Source of the DNA: Acidobacteriota bacterium
Lineage (GTDB): Bacteria; Acidobacteriota; UBA6911; RPQK01; JAJDTT01
Length of the DNA: 64,000 nucleotides
Reading direction: 5' to 3'
NCBI GenBank assembly: GCA_965217775.1
Contig: CBDCJH010000002.1
Coordinates: 2,112,001-2,176,000, forward strand
In this document: one piece after another, positions 27,868 through 38,301 of the stretch
How the letters are laid out: the number at the start of each line of letters is the position of its first letter
Numbering within the stretch: position 1 is the first letter of the stretch
Program-made: the position numbers and the translations under genes
The notes under the pieces: model-generated
Told to the model about the DNA's origin: nothing
The model's database searches: none
What the model saw: only the letters and a program-made list of their open reading frames with translations

Positions 27868-27868
27868 G

Positions 27869-28200
27869 GTGCGATACGCTTACCCCTGTGGCCTGACTCC
27901 CGAACAAGAGGGCGGATTCTCTGTCACGTTTCCAGACGTTCCCGAGGCGCTGACTTGCGGAAACGACAAGGCTGAAGCCTTGGCGATGGCCGAGGACGCA
28001 CTCGCGACAGCTTTGGCCGGTTACGTTCAGGAAGGCTGGGACATTCCAATTCCGAGCAGGACCACCAGTGGTCAAGAAATGATCGCCGTAGCGAGGCCGC
28101 TGTCCGAAGACTTCTGAACCTGGACCATCGGTCCCATATCAACCAGGTCGAGAGAGCGCTTCGGGTTGTAGGGCGCGGACTGGTCGTCGAAGATAGAGTC
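27869..28200 (+). pseudogene. hicB: HicB antitoxin with internal deletion/frameshift
   Basis: GGFSVTFPDVPEALTCG...AEDAL. The HTH tail EAAVRRLLNLDHRSHINQVERAL continues in another frame. Confidence 0.75.
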
Positions 28201-28373
28201 GTCCGAAGGCGAGTTGGATTCTTCCTGCGGTCTTCGACAACCCTCCACAGGTTCAGAGAAGAACCCGCAAACCGTTTTAAGTATCGGAGGTGAACAGCCA
28301 ACACCTGTGTGGTAGTTTTCGGTGTTCCCGGACAAAAATGTTAACCCGTTGATCCGCACCCGGAGAGGAGCCC

Positions 28374-29942
28374 ATGAAAACCGACTTCTGGACGCGAATG
28401 CTCTGTCTTCTCTTGCTGTCCACTTTCACCGCCCACGCCGCTTCCGACGTGGCGAGCCTGGTTGAGATCGGCAATCGCAAGCAGTTGTTCATCGACGACT
28501 ACATGATCCAGAGCCTGACCGACGCCAAACAGGTGCTCAACACCGCGGTCAAGGAGCCCAGCAACCCGGTCATCCGCCCGGACCGGCCCTGGGAGGGACA
28601 TTTCTCTCCTGTGGCCAAGGTCCTCTACGACCCGGGGGAGAAGCTCTTCAGGATGTGGTACTCCACCAGCGGCGACTGGCGCGCGGAACCGGGAGGGCAG
28701 CTCGTGGAATTCCACTGGACCGACACCGGCGCCACTCGGGAAATAGTCGATGCTCCCTACCGATACGTGGGGATCTACGGCAACTACAACTACCGGCTCT
28801 GCTACGCCACCTCCAAGGACGGAGTCCATTGGGAAAAACCGAATCTGGGCAAGGTGGAGTTCAACGGCAGCCGCAACAACAACTTGCTGCCGGCCGGCGG
28901 CCGGGCGCCGACCTTCGAGGACCCCAACGAGACCGATCCCGCCAAGCGGTACAAGTCGATTGCCATGACGCGGACCAAGAATCCGCCCGGCATGCAGTTG
29001 CACGTCTACTATTCCCCGGACGGATTCAATTGGACTCCCGAGCCGACCAACCCGGTGATGGACACGACCCCGGAGCCCGGTCGCTGGGGCCCCACCCACT
29101 ACATGGGATGGGACCCGATCCGGAAGGTCTACGCCGCCCACATCGAGAACTGCCTGCACCGCGCATGCCCCACCGGCAAGAGGATCGTGGGGCGGGCGGA
29201 GAGCCCCGACTTCAGGAATTGGAGTCTCCCCCAGAACATCCTCCTTCCGGACGCCGAGGACTACCCGGACACCGAGTTCTACCTCTTTCCGGTGGTGGCG
29301 TACGAGGGCACCTACATTGCCGTGCCCTGGATCTATCGGACCACACGGACCCTCCATTATCCGACGCTGGCCTTCAGCCGCGACGGCGTGAACTACGAAC
29401 GGAAATTCCGCGAGCCCCTGGTTCGGCCCGGCGCCGAGGGGAGCTTCGATTCGGTCAGTGTCTACTCCCAGGCGCCGATCATGCAGGGCGGGAAGATCCG
29501 GATCTACTACACGGGCGCCAACTGGCGGGGGCCCGAACAGCTTTATCTCAGGCAGGAGGCCGAGGGAGAATCGCCGCTGCGGGCGCCCGGTCTGGCGACC
29601 CTGCCGGAGGACGGGTTCGTCTCCATCGACGCGGGCAAGCTCAAGCCCGGGATCCTGCTCACCCAGACCTTCAGCTTCGATGGCTCAGGCCTTTACGTCA
29701 ACATGGAGGCCGCCCGGAACAACGACGGCTCCGGGATTCCCCAGATCAAGGTGGAAATCCTGGATCACCAGACTAAGCCGCTTCCCGGCTTCTCGTTGAA
29801 GGAGTCGGACCCCATGGCCGTCCGGGGAGCCGCCCAGGCCAGTTGGCAGGGCAAGAGCGACGTGAGTTCATTGGAGGGCCGCCCCGTCCAGCTCCGCTTC
29901 TGGATCCGGAACGCGAGCCTTTTTTCGTTTCAGTTCAAGTAG
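28374..29942 (+). CDS. Secreted beta-propeller glycoside-hydrolase-like protein
   Basis: Signal peptide; QLFIDD; YATSKDGVHWEKPNLG; SRDG; DGFVSI. Confidence 0.75.
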   Translation: MKTDFWTRMLCLLLLSTFTAHAASDVASLVEIGNRKQLFIDDYMIQSLTDAKQVLNTAVKEPSNPVIRPDRPWEGHFSPVAKVLYDPGEKLFRMWYSTSGDWRAEPGGQLVEFHWTDTGATREIVDAPYRYVGIYGNYNYRLCYATSKDGVHWEKPNLGKVEFNGSRNNNLLPAGGRAPTFEDPNETDPAKRYKSIAMTRTKNPPGMQLHVYYSPDGFNWTPEPTNPVMDTTPEPGRWGPTHYMGWDPIRKVYAAHIENCLHRACPTGKRIVGRAESPDFRNWSLPQNILLPDAEDYPDTEFYLFPVVAYEGTYIAVPWIYRTTRTLHYPTLAFSRDGVNYERKFREPLVRPGAEGSFDSVSVYSQAPIMQGGKIRIYYTGANWRGPEQLYLRQEAEGESPLRAPGLATLPEDGFVSIDAGKLKPGILLTQTFSFDGSGLYVNMEAARNNDGSGIPQIKVEILDHQTKPLPGFSLKESDPMAVRGAAQASWQGKSDVSSLEGRPVQLRFWIRNASLFSFQFK

Positions 29943-29986
29943 ATCGCGATGAAGAGGGGAACTGCAAGTCCCCCCTCCCAGGGTGC

Positions 29987-30874
29987 TCAGGCTTCGGGCA
30001 TCAGTTCGCGGAAGCGGTTCCAGACGCGGTCTGCCTGCTCCCGGGTCAACGGAATGCCCGGAGGCCGGGGGACACCGCAGTCGATTCCGAGTCGCCTCCC
30101 CATGAGCTCCTTGAGGACGGCGACGTAGGGCCCGTACTCTCCGTCGAAGAGGCCGAAGATCTCCGTCGCCTTGTCCTGAGCCTTCCGGGCCCGCGCCCAA
30201 TCCCCGTCCTGATAAGCGCCCCAGACCTGGAGGAAGGGTTCGGGAGCCACCCCGGGCGGGCCGTCGACACACCCCACGGCGCCCTCGACCAGGGCCGGCA
30301 GCATCAGGCAGCTGAAACCCTTCAAACAGGCCAGACCCATGCGGGAGAAGATCCAGACGTTCCTGAAGTTGACCGCCGAATGCTTGAGACCGGTCAGTTC
30401 AGGCACCTCATCCTGGAGCTTCTTCATCAGCCCGGGGGTGAACTCCAGACCCGTGGCGTCGGGCAGGTTGTAGACGAAGAGGGGGAGGCCGGCGGCCTTG
30501 CCGATGGCCTGGTAGTAGCCGATCGCTTCGTCCTCGCCCGCACCGTAGAATGAGCCGGGCAAGGCGCAGACGGCGTCAACGCCGGCCCGGGCGGCCTGCT
30601 CCGCCATCCCGGCGGCAGCCGACGTGGTCGCCGCGCCTACGTGCATGATGATCCGCACGCGGCCCCGGCACTGATCCGCGGCGATCTCGGCGATTCGCCG
30701 GTTCTCGTCCGGCTGGAGCAACACGCTCTCGCCGCTCCCGCCGGCCACCCAGAACCCATGGACCCCGGCCTGGACATTGAATTCCAGGACCTGCCGAAAG
30801 GCCTCCTCGTTGAGCCGGTCCTCTCGGTCCATGGGAGTGATGACGGCCGGATAGAGCCCTCGGAAACTGGTCAT
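29987..30874 (-). CDS. Dihydrodipicolinate synthase/N-acetylneuraminate lyase family
   Basis: GLYPAVITP; GGSGE; YNLP; GLKHS Schiff-base Lys. Confidence 0.88.
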   Translation of the reverse strand: MTSFRGLYPAVITPMDREDRLNEEAFRQVLEFNVQAGVHGFWVAGGSGESVLLQPDENRRIAEIAADQCRGRVRIIMHVGAATTSAAAGMAEQAARAGVDAVCALPGSFYGAGEDEAIGYYQAIGKAAGLPLFVYNLPDATGLEFTPGLMKKLQDEVPELTGLKHSAVNFRNVWIFSRMGLACLKGFSCLMLPALVEGAVGCVDGPPGVAPEPFLQVWGAYQDGDWARARKAQDKATEIFGLFDGEYGPYVAVLKELMGRRLGIDCGVPRPPGIPLTREQADRVWNRFRELMPEA

Positions 30875-30941
30875 GTGGGTCCTTTCGTTGCCGGATGAAG
30901 GTTCGGTGGCGATCGGCGCGGCGGTCTGCACCGCTGGAGAT

Positions 30942-32372
30942 TCAGGCCATGATATCGGTGATCACGTTGCCGTGGATGTCGGTGAGGCGAAAATCCCGTC
31001 CCGCGTAGCGGTAGGTCAGCCGCGTATGGTCGAGTCCCATGAGGTGCAGGATCGTGGCGTGCAGATCGTGGATGTGCACCTTGTTCTCCACCGAGTAGTA
31101 GCCGTAGTCGTCGGTGGCTCCGTAGGAGAAGCCGGGTTTCACTCCGCCGCCGGCCATCCACATGGTGAATCCCTGGGGATTGTGGTCCCGGCCGTCGGAT
31201 CCCTGGGCCACCGGTGTGCGTCCGAACTCGCCCCCCCAGAGGACCAGCGTGTCCTGCAACAGGCCTCTCCCCTTGAGGTCGCGGAGCAGGCCGGCGATGG
31301 GCTTGTCCACTTCCCGGGCATTCTGGGTGTGGTCGCGGCGCAGCCGCCGGTGCTGGTCCCACTTGTAGCTGTGGCTCACCTGCACGAAACGGACGCCGGC
31401 CTCGGCCAGACGCCGGGCCATCAGGCACTGGCGGCCGAAGTCCTCGGTCATCCGGTCGTCCAAGCCGTAGAGCTTCCGGGTGGTCTCGGACTCCAGGGAG
31501 AGGTCCTGCAAACCGGGAGCCTGAGCCTGCATCCGGAAGGCCAGCTCGAAGGCCTGGATCCGGCCTTCCAGATTCCGGTCGGGACCGGTCCGGGCCAGTT
31601 GCTGCTGGTTCATCTCCCGAATGAAGTCCAAGTGCTTGCGCTGGATGTCTCGCGGGACCTGGTCGTTGGTGATGAACGGGATCTTCGCGTCCTTGGCCTC
31701 GATTCGGCTGGTGCCCATGGCGGTGCCGGAGTAGGGAGCGGGGAGGAACGCCGAACTGTAGTTGTTGGCTCCACCGTGACCCTGAGTGGGACAGATGGTG
31801 ATGAACCCCGGCATGTCCTGGTTTTCGCTTCCCAGACCGTAGGTGAGCCAGGAGCCGATGCTGGGGCGGACGAAGGTGTCGCTGCCGGTGTGCAACTCCA
31901 GCAGGGCCGCTCCGTGACGGGAGTTGGAGGCGTGCATGGACTTGATGAAGCAGAGGTCATCCACGAATTCGGCCACGTGGGGAAAGAGCTCACTGACCCA
32001 TTGCCCGCTCTCGCCATACCGCTTGAACGCCCAGGGGGATTTGAGCAGGTTGAAGGTCTCGCTGGAGACCACCCGGGGACGCTCGTAGGGGAACGGCTTG
32101 CCGTGGTCCCGCTGGAGCAGGGGTTTGTAGTCGAAGGTGTCGACCTGGGAGGGACCGCCGTGCATGAAGAGAAAGATGATCCGCTTGGCCCGGGGCGTAA
32201 AATGGGGCGCCTTCTGGACCAGAGGATTGTCGGAATCGCCAGGAACCGCTGCTGCGGCCTCCTCGGCCAACAGCCCCGCCAGGGCCAGAGAACCGAACCC
32301 GGCGCTACTGGCCAGAAGCATCTCCCGGCGCGAGATTCGGGTTCCCATCAGATCGTTCCAATGTGAGTTCAT
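30942..32372 (-). CDS. DUF1501 domain protein
   Basis: IFLFMHGGPSQVDTFDYKP; WGGEFGRTP; GRDHNP; GRDFRLTD. Confidence 0.93.
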   Translation of the reverse strand: MNSHWNDLMGTRISRREMLLASSAGFGSLALAGLLAEEAAAAVPGDSDNPLVQKAPHFTPRAKRIIFLFMHGGPSQVDTFDYKPLLQRDHGKPFPYERPRVVSSETFNLLKSPWAFKRYGESGQWVSELFPHVAEFVDDLCFIKSMHASNSRHGAALLELHTGSDTFVRPSIGSWLTYGLGSENQDMPGFITICPTQGHGGANNYSSAFLPAPYSGTAMGTSRIEAKDAKIPFITNDQVPRDIQRKHLDFIREMNQQQLARTGPDRNLEGRIQAFELAFRMQAQAPGLQDLSLESETTRKLYGLDDRMTEDFGRQCLMARRLAEAGVRFVQVSHSYKWDQHRRLRRDHTQNAREVDKPIAGLLRDLKGRGLLQDTLVLWGGEFGRTPVAQGSDGRDHNPQGFTMWMAGGGVKPGFSYGATDDYGYYSVENKVHIHDLHATILHLMGLDHTRLTYRYAGRDFRLTDIHGNVITDIMA

Positions 32373-32383
32373 GGTTCGAACCT

Positions 32384-35300
32384 CTAATTCAGATACGCGA
32401 ATTCACTCGACGCCATCAGCGCTTGGCAGAATCCCTGCCAGGACCGCAGCCGGCGTTCGTCGGGCTCTTCGACCCGATCCCGCCAGCCCGCATCCATGCC
32501 GGCCACGAATTCCAGGGCCCGCCGGGACTCCTCATCGTTGGGCCGACGGCCCAATGCGCGTTCGTAGGCCACGCGGACCCGACCGGTCTCGTCCAGGTCT
32601 TCCCTGGCCAAGAGCTGGGTGGCCATGCGGCGCGAGTTCTCCAGCACCAGAGAATCGTTCATTAGGAACAAGGCCTGGGGCGCCACCACGCTGGCTCCAC
32701 GGTCTCCGTCCGTCACCGACGGGTCGGCGAAATCGAAGGCCCGGAGGAAATCGTACATGGAACTGCGCACCACCGGAAGATAGATCGACCTTCGATTCCA
32801 GTCGTAACGGACTCCAGGACTGATGTAACCCCGGCCGCTCTGGCCCAACAACGATCCTCCCGGTTCCAGGTCCAAATTGGCGGAAACAGCGAGGATGGAG
32901 TCGCGAATCGCCTCGGCTTCCAACTGGCGGCGGTTCATCCGCCAAAGCAAGCGATTCTCAGGATCCTTTCCGGCTCCCTCCGCGGAATAGCGGGTGCTCA
33001 TCCGATACGTGGCCGAAAGCATGATCAGACGGTGCATCCGCTTCAGGGACCAGTCCCCTTTTACGAACCGGGTCGCCAGCCAGTCGAGCAATTCGGGGTG
33101 ACTGGGCGCCTCGCCCAGTCGGCCGAAGTTGTCGGTGGAGACGACGAGACCCCGTCCCATGTGCCAGCGCCAGATCCGGTTGACCATGACCCGGGCGGCC
33201 AGGGGATTGTCCTCACGAACCATCCAGTTCGCCAACTGGAGACGGCCGCTGCGCGCCGGGTCGCTCAGCTTCTCGGGCGGCTTGCTGCCCAGACCCGGAA
33301 ACCCGCGGGGCACCTGCTCGCCCAGGTCCCAATGGCTGCCGCGCAGATGGATGGCCAGATCGTCGACCTGCTTGCCTTCGGTGACTCCCATGGCGCTGGG
33401 AAGCTCGGGCCGGCCCTCCTCCAGCTTCCTCCGCTCCTCTTCCAGGGCTTCCAACTCCTGGCGAGCGGCCTGGGGAAAGTACTCGGTGGTCTTCTCGGGC
33501 GGCCGAAAGGGCCCCCACTTCTCGTAGAGGATCGCCCTCATGGCTTCCAGGGCCGGATCCTCCAGCTTGATCTCTTCAGTCTCGTCGTCGGTCCGGACCG
33601 TGCTGAATTTCTTGCCGACGACTTCCCGGTCGCCCACCAGCGCTTTCCACGCCTCCTCGGCCCGCTGGAACTGCGCCTGGTAGCGGGTGGCCAGTTCCGT
33701 CTCGCCGGTCGCCTCAAGATCCTCGAAGAGTCTGGCCGCCGGCGACTGCCACCCCTCCCGCGATCGCCCCTCGGTCAGGGCGTGCCAGGCGTACAGCACC
33801 GAATAGGGCGCCCCGCGGCTCCGGCGCAGGCGGTCGATCCACTGCTGCAGAAAGACCGGATTCAGATCGTCCCGAAGGGCCACCTGGATCAGGGTTCTGG
33901 GGATGGGAGCTCCGTCCGGAAGGGGATTGGGGGCGAACAGCAGCTTCTCGAAATAGGGATAGCGGTTCTTGTGCTCCAGCCGGAGTGTGTTGTGTCCGGT
34001 GTTCAGGTCGAAGATTCCGGCCACCAGCCAACCACCCGCATCGGGCGAGGCCGTCCGGTTCTCGATGGCCTCGATCCCCCGCTTGACCAGGGTGCCGTTG
34101 AGGTGGATATCGGCGGTGCCGGCACCCGTCTCGGCTTCCAGAAACTCCAACTGGTAGGGACCGGCGGCGGGGATCCGGACATCGAATTCGGCGAAATAGG
34201 CATCGGGAGGCGCGTCGGAACTCCCGGCTTCGGGGATATTCGTCTTTCCCTTCTTCAGTTGCCGATCGACGTTTCCCCGGTCCCAGCTTCCCGCCTCCCG
34301 CACGGTCAGGGAATCGGGTTCGGGATTCCTTCCTTCAAAAACGCTCAGGAGCCGGATCTTTTCGTAACCGGCCAACTCCTGCGCGGCCAGCAGGTAGGCC
34401 CCTACCCGGGTGCGGCCCTCCTCGACCAGCTTCCGGTTCTCCCGCTTGCTGACGGCTTCGATGGCCTTGGTCTTGGCCTCGATTTTCTCCCGATGTTGCT
34501 GCAGCCGGAGACGATCGTCCGCCGGCGCCAGGACGTGCTCATGCCACTCGGCCACCACCTTGTGGTGCTCCATGGTCTTGGAGCTCCTGAAGATGCCGGC
34601 CAGCGAGTAGTAGTCCCGGATCGAGATGGGATCGAACTTGTGGTCGTGGCAACGGGCGCAGCCCAGGGTCAGCCCCAGGAAAGCCCGAAAGCTGGTGTCC
34701 AACTGTTCGTCGATGATGTCCATCCGCATCTTCACGGGGTCGTCTTCCGCCAGCATCTTGGGACCCAGGGAGAGGAATCCGGTGGCCGTCCAGCGCTCCA
34801 GCGTGGTCTCCAGATCACCCGAATCGGGCAGGAGGTCTCCCGCCAGTTGCTCTCGCACGAACAGATCGTAGGGCTTGTCCCGGTTGAGGGCCTGGACCAC
34901 GTAATCCCGATAGCGGAAGGCGGTCGTATGCGCCATGTTCTCGTCCAGCCCGTTGGAATCGGCGTAGCGGGCCACGTCCAACCAGTGGCGGCCCCAGCGC
35001 TCTCCATAGCGGGGCGAGGCCAGGAGGCGTTCGACCAGCCGCGCGTAGGCGCCCGGAGACCGGTCGTGGAGGAAATCCCGGATCTCTTCGATGGTGGGGG
35101 GAAGACCGGTCAGATCGAAGGTGGCCCGCCGAATCAGAGTCCGCCGGTCGGTGGCCGGGGCCGGCTCCAGTCCTTCCGCTTCCAAGCGAGCCAGTATGAA
35201 TCGGTCGATGGGCGAACGGACCCAGCCAGCGCGCCGGACCTGCGGCAGGGAGGGCTCCACCGGGGGCTCGAAGGCCCAGAAGGCTTCCGTCTCGGAGGTC

Positions 35301-35701
35301 GTTTGGTCGGGATCGGCAACCACGCCCCAGGGGGCGCCCATGCGGACCCAATTCGTGAGCAGGGCGATTTCCTCATCCGGAAGCCGGCCCGCAAGGGGCA
35401 TGCGCAGTTTCTCGTCGCGATGGGTGACGGCGCGAATCAGCAGACTCGACTCGGGATCGCCGGCGACGACGGGAGAGCCGCGGGTGCCACCCTTACGGAA
35501 GCTTTCCTCGTGGTCCAGGATCAGCCCGCCCATGACCGGCTGGCTGGCGCTGGAGTGACACGCGTAGCAGTGCCGGGCCAGGAGCGGACGGATCTTCTTC
35601 TCGAAATAATCGCCGTCGTTCGCCGGACCGGCGATGAGAGGCTGGGAAAGCAGCACCGCGAGCAGCCACGGCGCCGGACGCCTCCGGTTTGCCAAATCCA
35701 T
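32384..35701 (-). CDS. PSD1 / planctomycete cytochrome c domain protein (DUF1549/DUF1553)
   Basis: CYACH; YGERWGRHWLDVARYADS; CARCHDHKFDP; PSHPELLDWLA. Confidence 0.93.
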   Translation of the reverse strand: MDLANRRRPAPWLLAVLLSQPLIAGPANDGDYFEKKIRPLLARHCYACHSSASQPVMGGLILDHEESFRKGGTRGSPVVAGDPESSLLIRAVTHRDEKLRMPLAGRLPDEEIALLTNWVRMGAPWGVVADPDQTTSETEAFWAFEPPVEPSLPQVRRAGWVRSPIDRFILARLEAEGLEPAPATDRRTLIRRATFDLTGLPPTIEEIRDFLHDRSPGAYARLVERLLASPRYGERWGRHWLDVARYADSNGLDENMAHTTAFRYRDYVVQALNRDKPYDLFVREQLAGDLLPDSGDLETTLERWTATGFLSLGPKMLAEDDPVKMRMDIIDEQLDTSFRAFLGLTLGCARCHDHKFDPISIRDYYSLAGIFRSSKTMEHHKVVAEWHEHVLAPADDRLRLQQHREKIEAKTKAIEAVSKRENRKLVEEGRTRVGAYLLAAQELAGYEKIRLLSVFEGRNPEPDSLTVREAGSWDRGNVDRQLKKGKTNIPEAGSSDAPPDAYFAEFDVRIPAAGPYQLEFLEAETGAGTADIHLNGTLVKRGIEAIENRTASPDAGGWLVAGIFDLNTGHNTLRLEHKNRYPYFEKLLFAPNPLPDGAPIPRTLIQVALRDDLNPVFLQQWIDRLRRSRGAPYSVLYAWHALTEGRSREGWQSPAARLFEDLEATGETELATRYQAQFQRAEEAWKALVGDREVVGKKFSTVRTDDETEEIKLEDPALEAMRAILYEKWGPFRPPEKTTEYFPQAARQELEALEEERRKLEEGRPELPSAMGVTEGKQVDDLAIHLRGSHWDLGEQVPRGFPGLGSKPPEKLSDPARSGRLQLANWMVREDNPLAARVMVNRIWRWHMGRGLVVSTDNFGRLGEAPSHPELLDWLATRFVKGDWSLKRMHRLIMLSATYRMSTRYSAEGAGKDPENRLLWRMNRRQLEAEAIRDSILAVSANLDLEPGGSLLGQSGRGYISPGVRYDWNRRSIYLPVVRSSMYDFLRAFDFADPSVTDGDRGASVVAPQALFLMNDSLVLENSRRMATQLLAREDLDETGRVRVAYERALGRRPNDEESRRALEFVAGMDAGWRDRVEEPDERRLRSWQGFCQALMASSEFAYLN

Positions 35702-35795
35702 CGAGTCCTCCCCGGACGTGAGGGTAAAAGCCACTCAATTCTAACATTCCGAGTCTGGGAAATTCAGCCGCCACGTCCAGTTCGGACTTTCCCCA

Positions 35796-36051
35796 CAGGA
35801 GGGGGGACATCCCTGTCCCCCATTGGCGACTTTCTTGTCGCCTGTTCTTCTATGTTCCCATGCGATGTCGGTGGCCGGAAAGTGTAGAGTGGGGACTCCG
35901 TCCACCCTAGACCCCCCTAATCGGTGGCAAGAAAGCCGCCGCTCCTTTAGAGGTCTTTTATTATCAATGGCACAGAATGGGGTCACAATTTGCTATTGAT
36001 AGCGAAATTTGCATGAAGGAAGAGTTGGGGGACAAGACTGTCCCTCCTCCT
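35796..36051. repeat. Intergenic cluster of REP-like palindromes
   Basis: GGGGGACATCCCTGTCCCCC; GGCGACTTTCTTGTCGCC; GGTGGCAAGAAAGCCGCC; GGGGGACAAGACTGTCCCTCC. Confidence 0.75.
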
Positions 36052-36145
36052 AGTCGCTCCTCCTTTTCTGGAAAAGCGTTCCCGAATCGGGTAAGAATGA
36101 AGCCGCTTCTCGGGGACGCGTGCCGTCTCCGCCTCCGGACTCTCT

Positions 36146-37903
36146 ATGCGATCACGAAAGAGCAGGAAGAAGCCCTCTCTCACTACCGTCCGCTACGCCT
36201 TCAGGAAGATCATCTGGCCGCGCCGGAAGCTGCTCTTGTTGGGATTGGCCCTGATCCTGCTGAACCGCGTGGCGGGACTCGCTCTGCCCGCCGCCAGCAA
36301 GTTCCTCGTCGACGACGTGATCGGAGAGGGAAATCTCGAGCTGCTCCGGACTCTGCTGGCCGCCGTGACGGTGGCCATCGTGGTGCAGTCTTTCAGCTCC
36401 TTCTTTCTGACCAAACTCCTGAGCGTGGAGGCTCAGCACCTGATTTCCCTGCTCCGGGCGCAGGTCCAGCGCCACATCATCTATCTGCCCATCCGGTTCT
36501 TCGACAACACCAAGTCGGGTGAGTTGGTCTCCCGGATCATGACCGACGTGGAGGGCATCCGGAATCTGGTCGGCACCGGACTCGTCCACCTCTTCGGCGG
36601 AGTTCTGACCGCCATCGGCTCCCTCTTTTTCCTCTTCAGAATCAGCGTCCTGATGACGCTCTACACCCTGGTTCCCCTCACCATCCTGGGGCTGATCTCG
36701 CTCAAGGCCTTCGGCCACATCCGGCCCATCTTCCGCGAGCGAGGCAAGATCAACGCCGACGTCACCGGCCGCCTCGCCGAATCCCTGGGCGGCATCCGGG
36801 TCATCAAGGGTTTCAGCGCCGAGCGGCAGGAGATCCGCATCTTCGAAAAGGGGGTGGCGAGGATCTTCGACAACGTCCGGAAGTCCCTCACCGCCACCAG
36901 CCTGGTCACCAGCGCGTCGACGCTGCTGCTGGGGCTGGCCAGCGTGGGGATCATGGGTCTGGGGAGCTCCATGATCCTGGAGGGCGAGATGACGGTGGGA
37001 GATTTCGTCTCCTTCACCCTCTTCCTGGGATTCCTCATCGCTCCCATCGTCCAGATGGGCAACATCGGCAGCCAGATCACCGAGGCGTTCGCCGGCCTCG
37101 ACCGGAGCGAAGAGATCCTGACGACGTCCCGGGAGGACGACGACCCGGGCCGGACCGTGGTGTTGGACGATGTGGAAGGCCGCATCGTCTTCCAAGACGT
37201 GACCTTCTCCTACGAGCCGGGAAACCCGGTGCTGAAGGAGGTGAGCTTCGACGCTCCGGCCGGGAGCGTGACGGCGCTGGTGGGAAGCTCCGGATCCGGA
37301 AAGACCACCCTGGCCGGCCTGGCGGCCTCCTTCCTGAAACCGGACCGGGGCCGGGTCCTGGTCGACGGCCGCGATCTCTCCACCGTGACCCTGGAATCGT
37401 ACCGATCCCGGCTGGGAGTCGTGCTGCAGGACGACTTCCTGTACGAGGGGACCATCCGCGAGAACATCCGCTTCGGCCGGCCCCGCGCCAGCGACGAAGA
37501 GTTGCTGGAAGCGGTGCGGGCGTCCCACGTCAAGGAGTTCACCGACCACTTCGACGCGGGACTCGAAACCCTCATCGGAGAGCGGGGTGTGAAGCTCTCG
37601 GGAGGTCAGCGCCAGCGGGTCTCCATCGCCCGCGCCCTGTTGGCTGATCCCAGCATCCTGATCCTGGACGAGGCCACCTCCAACCTGGACACGGAGAGCG
37701 AGCTCTACATCCAGCAGAGTCTGGCCGGGCTGATGCGGGGACGCACGACCTTCGTCATCGCCCATCGTCTCAGCACCATACGCCAGGCTCATCAGATCCT
37801 GGTGGTGGAGGCGGGCGAGATCGTGGAGCGGGGAGATCACGAGGAACTGATCCGGCGACGGGGACGCTACTACCAGCTCTACACTTACCAGGCGCGAATC
37901 TGA
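36146..37903 (+). CDS. ABC transporter, fused permease/ATPase
   Basis: GSSGSGKT; LSGGQRQR; ILDEATS; IAHRLST. Confidence 0.95.
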   Translation: MRSRKSRKKPSLTTVRYAFRKIIWPRRKLLLLGLALILLNRVAGLALPAASKFLVDDVIGEGNLELLRTLLAAVTVAIVVQSFSSFFLTKLLSVEAQHLISLLRAQVQRHIIYLPIRFFDNTKSGELVSRIMTDVEGIRNLVGTGLVHLFGGVLTAIGSLFFLFRISVLMTLYTLVPLTILGLISLKAFGHIRPIFRERGKINADVTGRLAESLGGIRVIKGFSAERQEIRIFEKGVARIFDNVRKSLTATSLVTSASTLLLGLASVGIMGLGSSMILEGEMTVGDFVSFTLFLGFLIAPIVQMGNIGSQITEAFAGLDRSEEILTTSREDDDPGRTVVLDDVEGRIVFQDVTFSYEPGNPVLKEVSFDAPAGSVTALVGSSGSGKTTLAGLAASFLKPDRGRVLVDGRDLSTVTLESYRSRLGVVLQDDFLYEGTIRENIRFGRPRASDEELLEAVRASHVKEFTDHFDAGLETLIGERGVKLSGGQRQRVSIARALLADPSILILDEATSNLDTESELYIQQSLAGLMRGRTTFVIAHRLSTIRQAHQILVVEAGEIVERGDHEELIRRRGRYYQLYTYQARI

Positions 37904-37915
37904 TGGGTACTATGG

Positions 37916-38293
37916 GTGCCCATGCCTGCAATCGTGGCGCTCACGGGCACCCTCATGGCCGTACTGGGAGTCCTGGGACTGGTGCGCCCCGCGGTTCTGA
38001 TCGAGGTGACGGCCCCGTTCCGAAAGGCTCGCTCGAGCCTCTACCTGGCCTCCGGGATCCGGCTGCTGGTCGGCATCGCCTTGATCCAGGTCGCCCCCGA
38101 ATCCCGCTTTCCCCAGGCGCTCCGGATCCTGGGCTGGCTGCTGCTGGGGATCGCCGTCTTCATCCTGCTCCTGGGGTCGGAACGTCTCAGTCGTCTCGCC
38201 GACTGGTGGATGGCGGCCTCGGAGCGGATCATCCGGGTCTGGTCGCTGCTGACCGCCCTGCTGGGAGTACTGCTCCTCTACTCGGTGTCGTGA
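37916..38293 (+). CDS. Small 4-TM membrane protein
   Basis: Hydrophobic ORF within the operon. Confidence 0.7.
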   Translation: MPMPAIVALTGTLMAVLGVLGLVRPAVLIEVTAPFRKARSSLYLASGIRLLVGIALIQVAPESRFPQALRILGWLLLGIAVFILLLGSERLSRLADWWMAASERIIRVWSLLTALLGVLLLYSVS

Positions 38294-38301
38294 GCTGAGC
38301 G

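Noticed and set aside
33032-35887. 951-aa ORF and similar long antisense ORFs (e.g. 48950-51286, 24212-25894, 43467-44951)
   Set aside because: They are antisense shadows of well-supported genes in high-GC DNA and carry no motifs.
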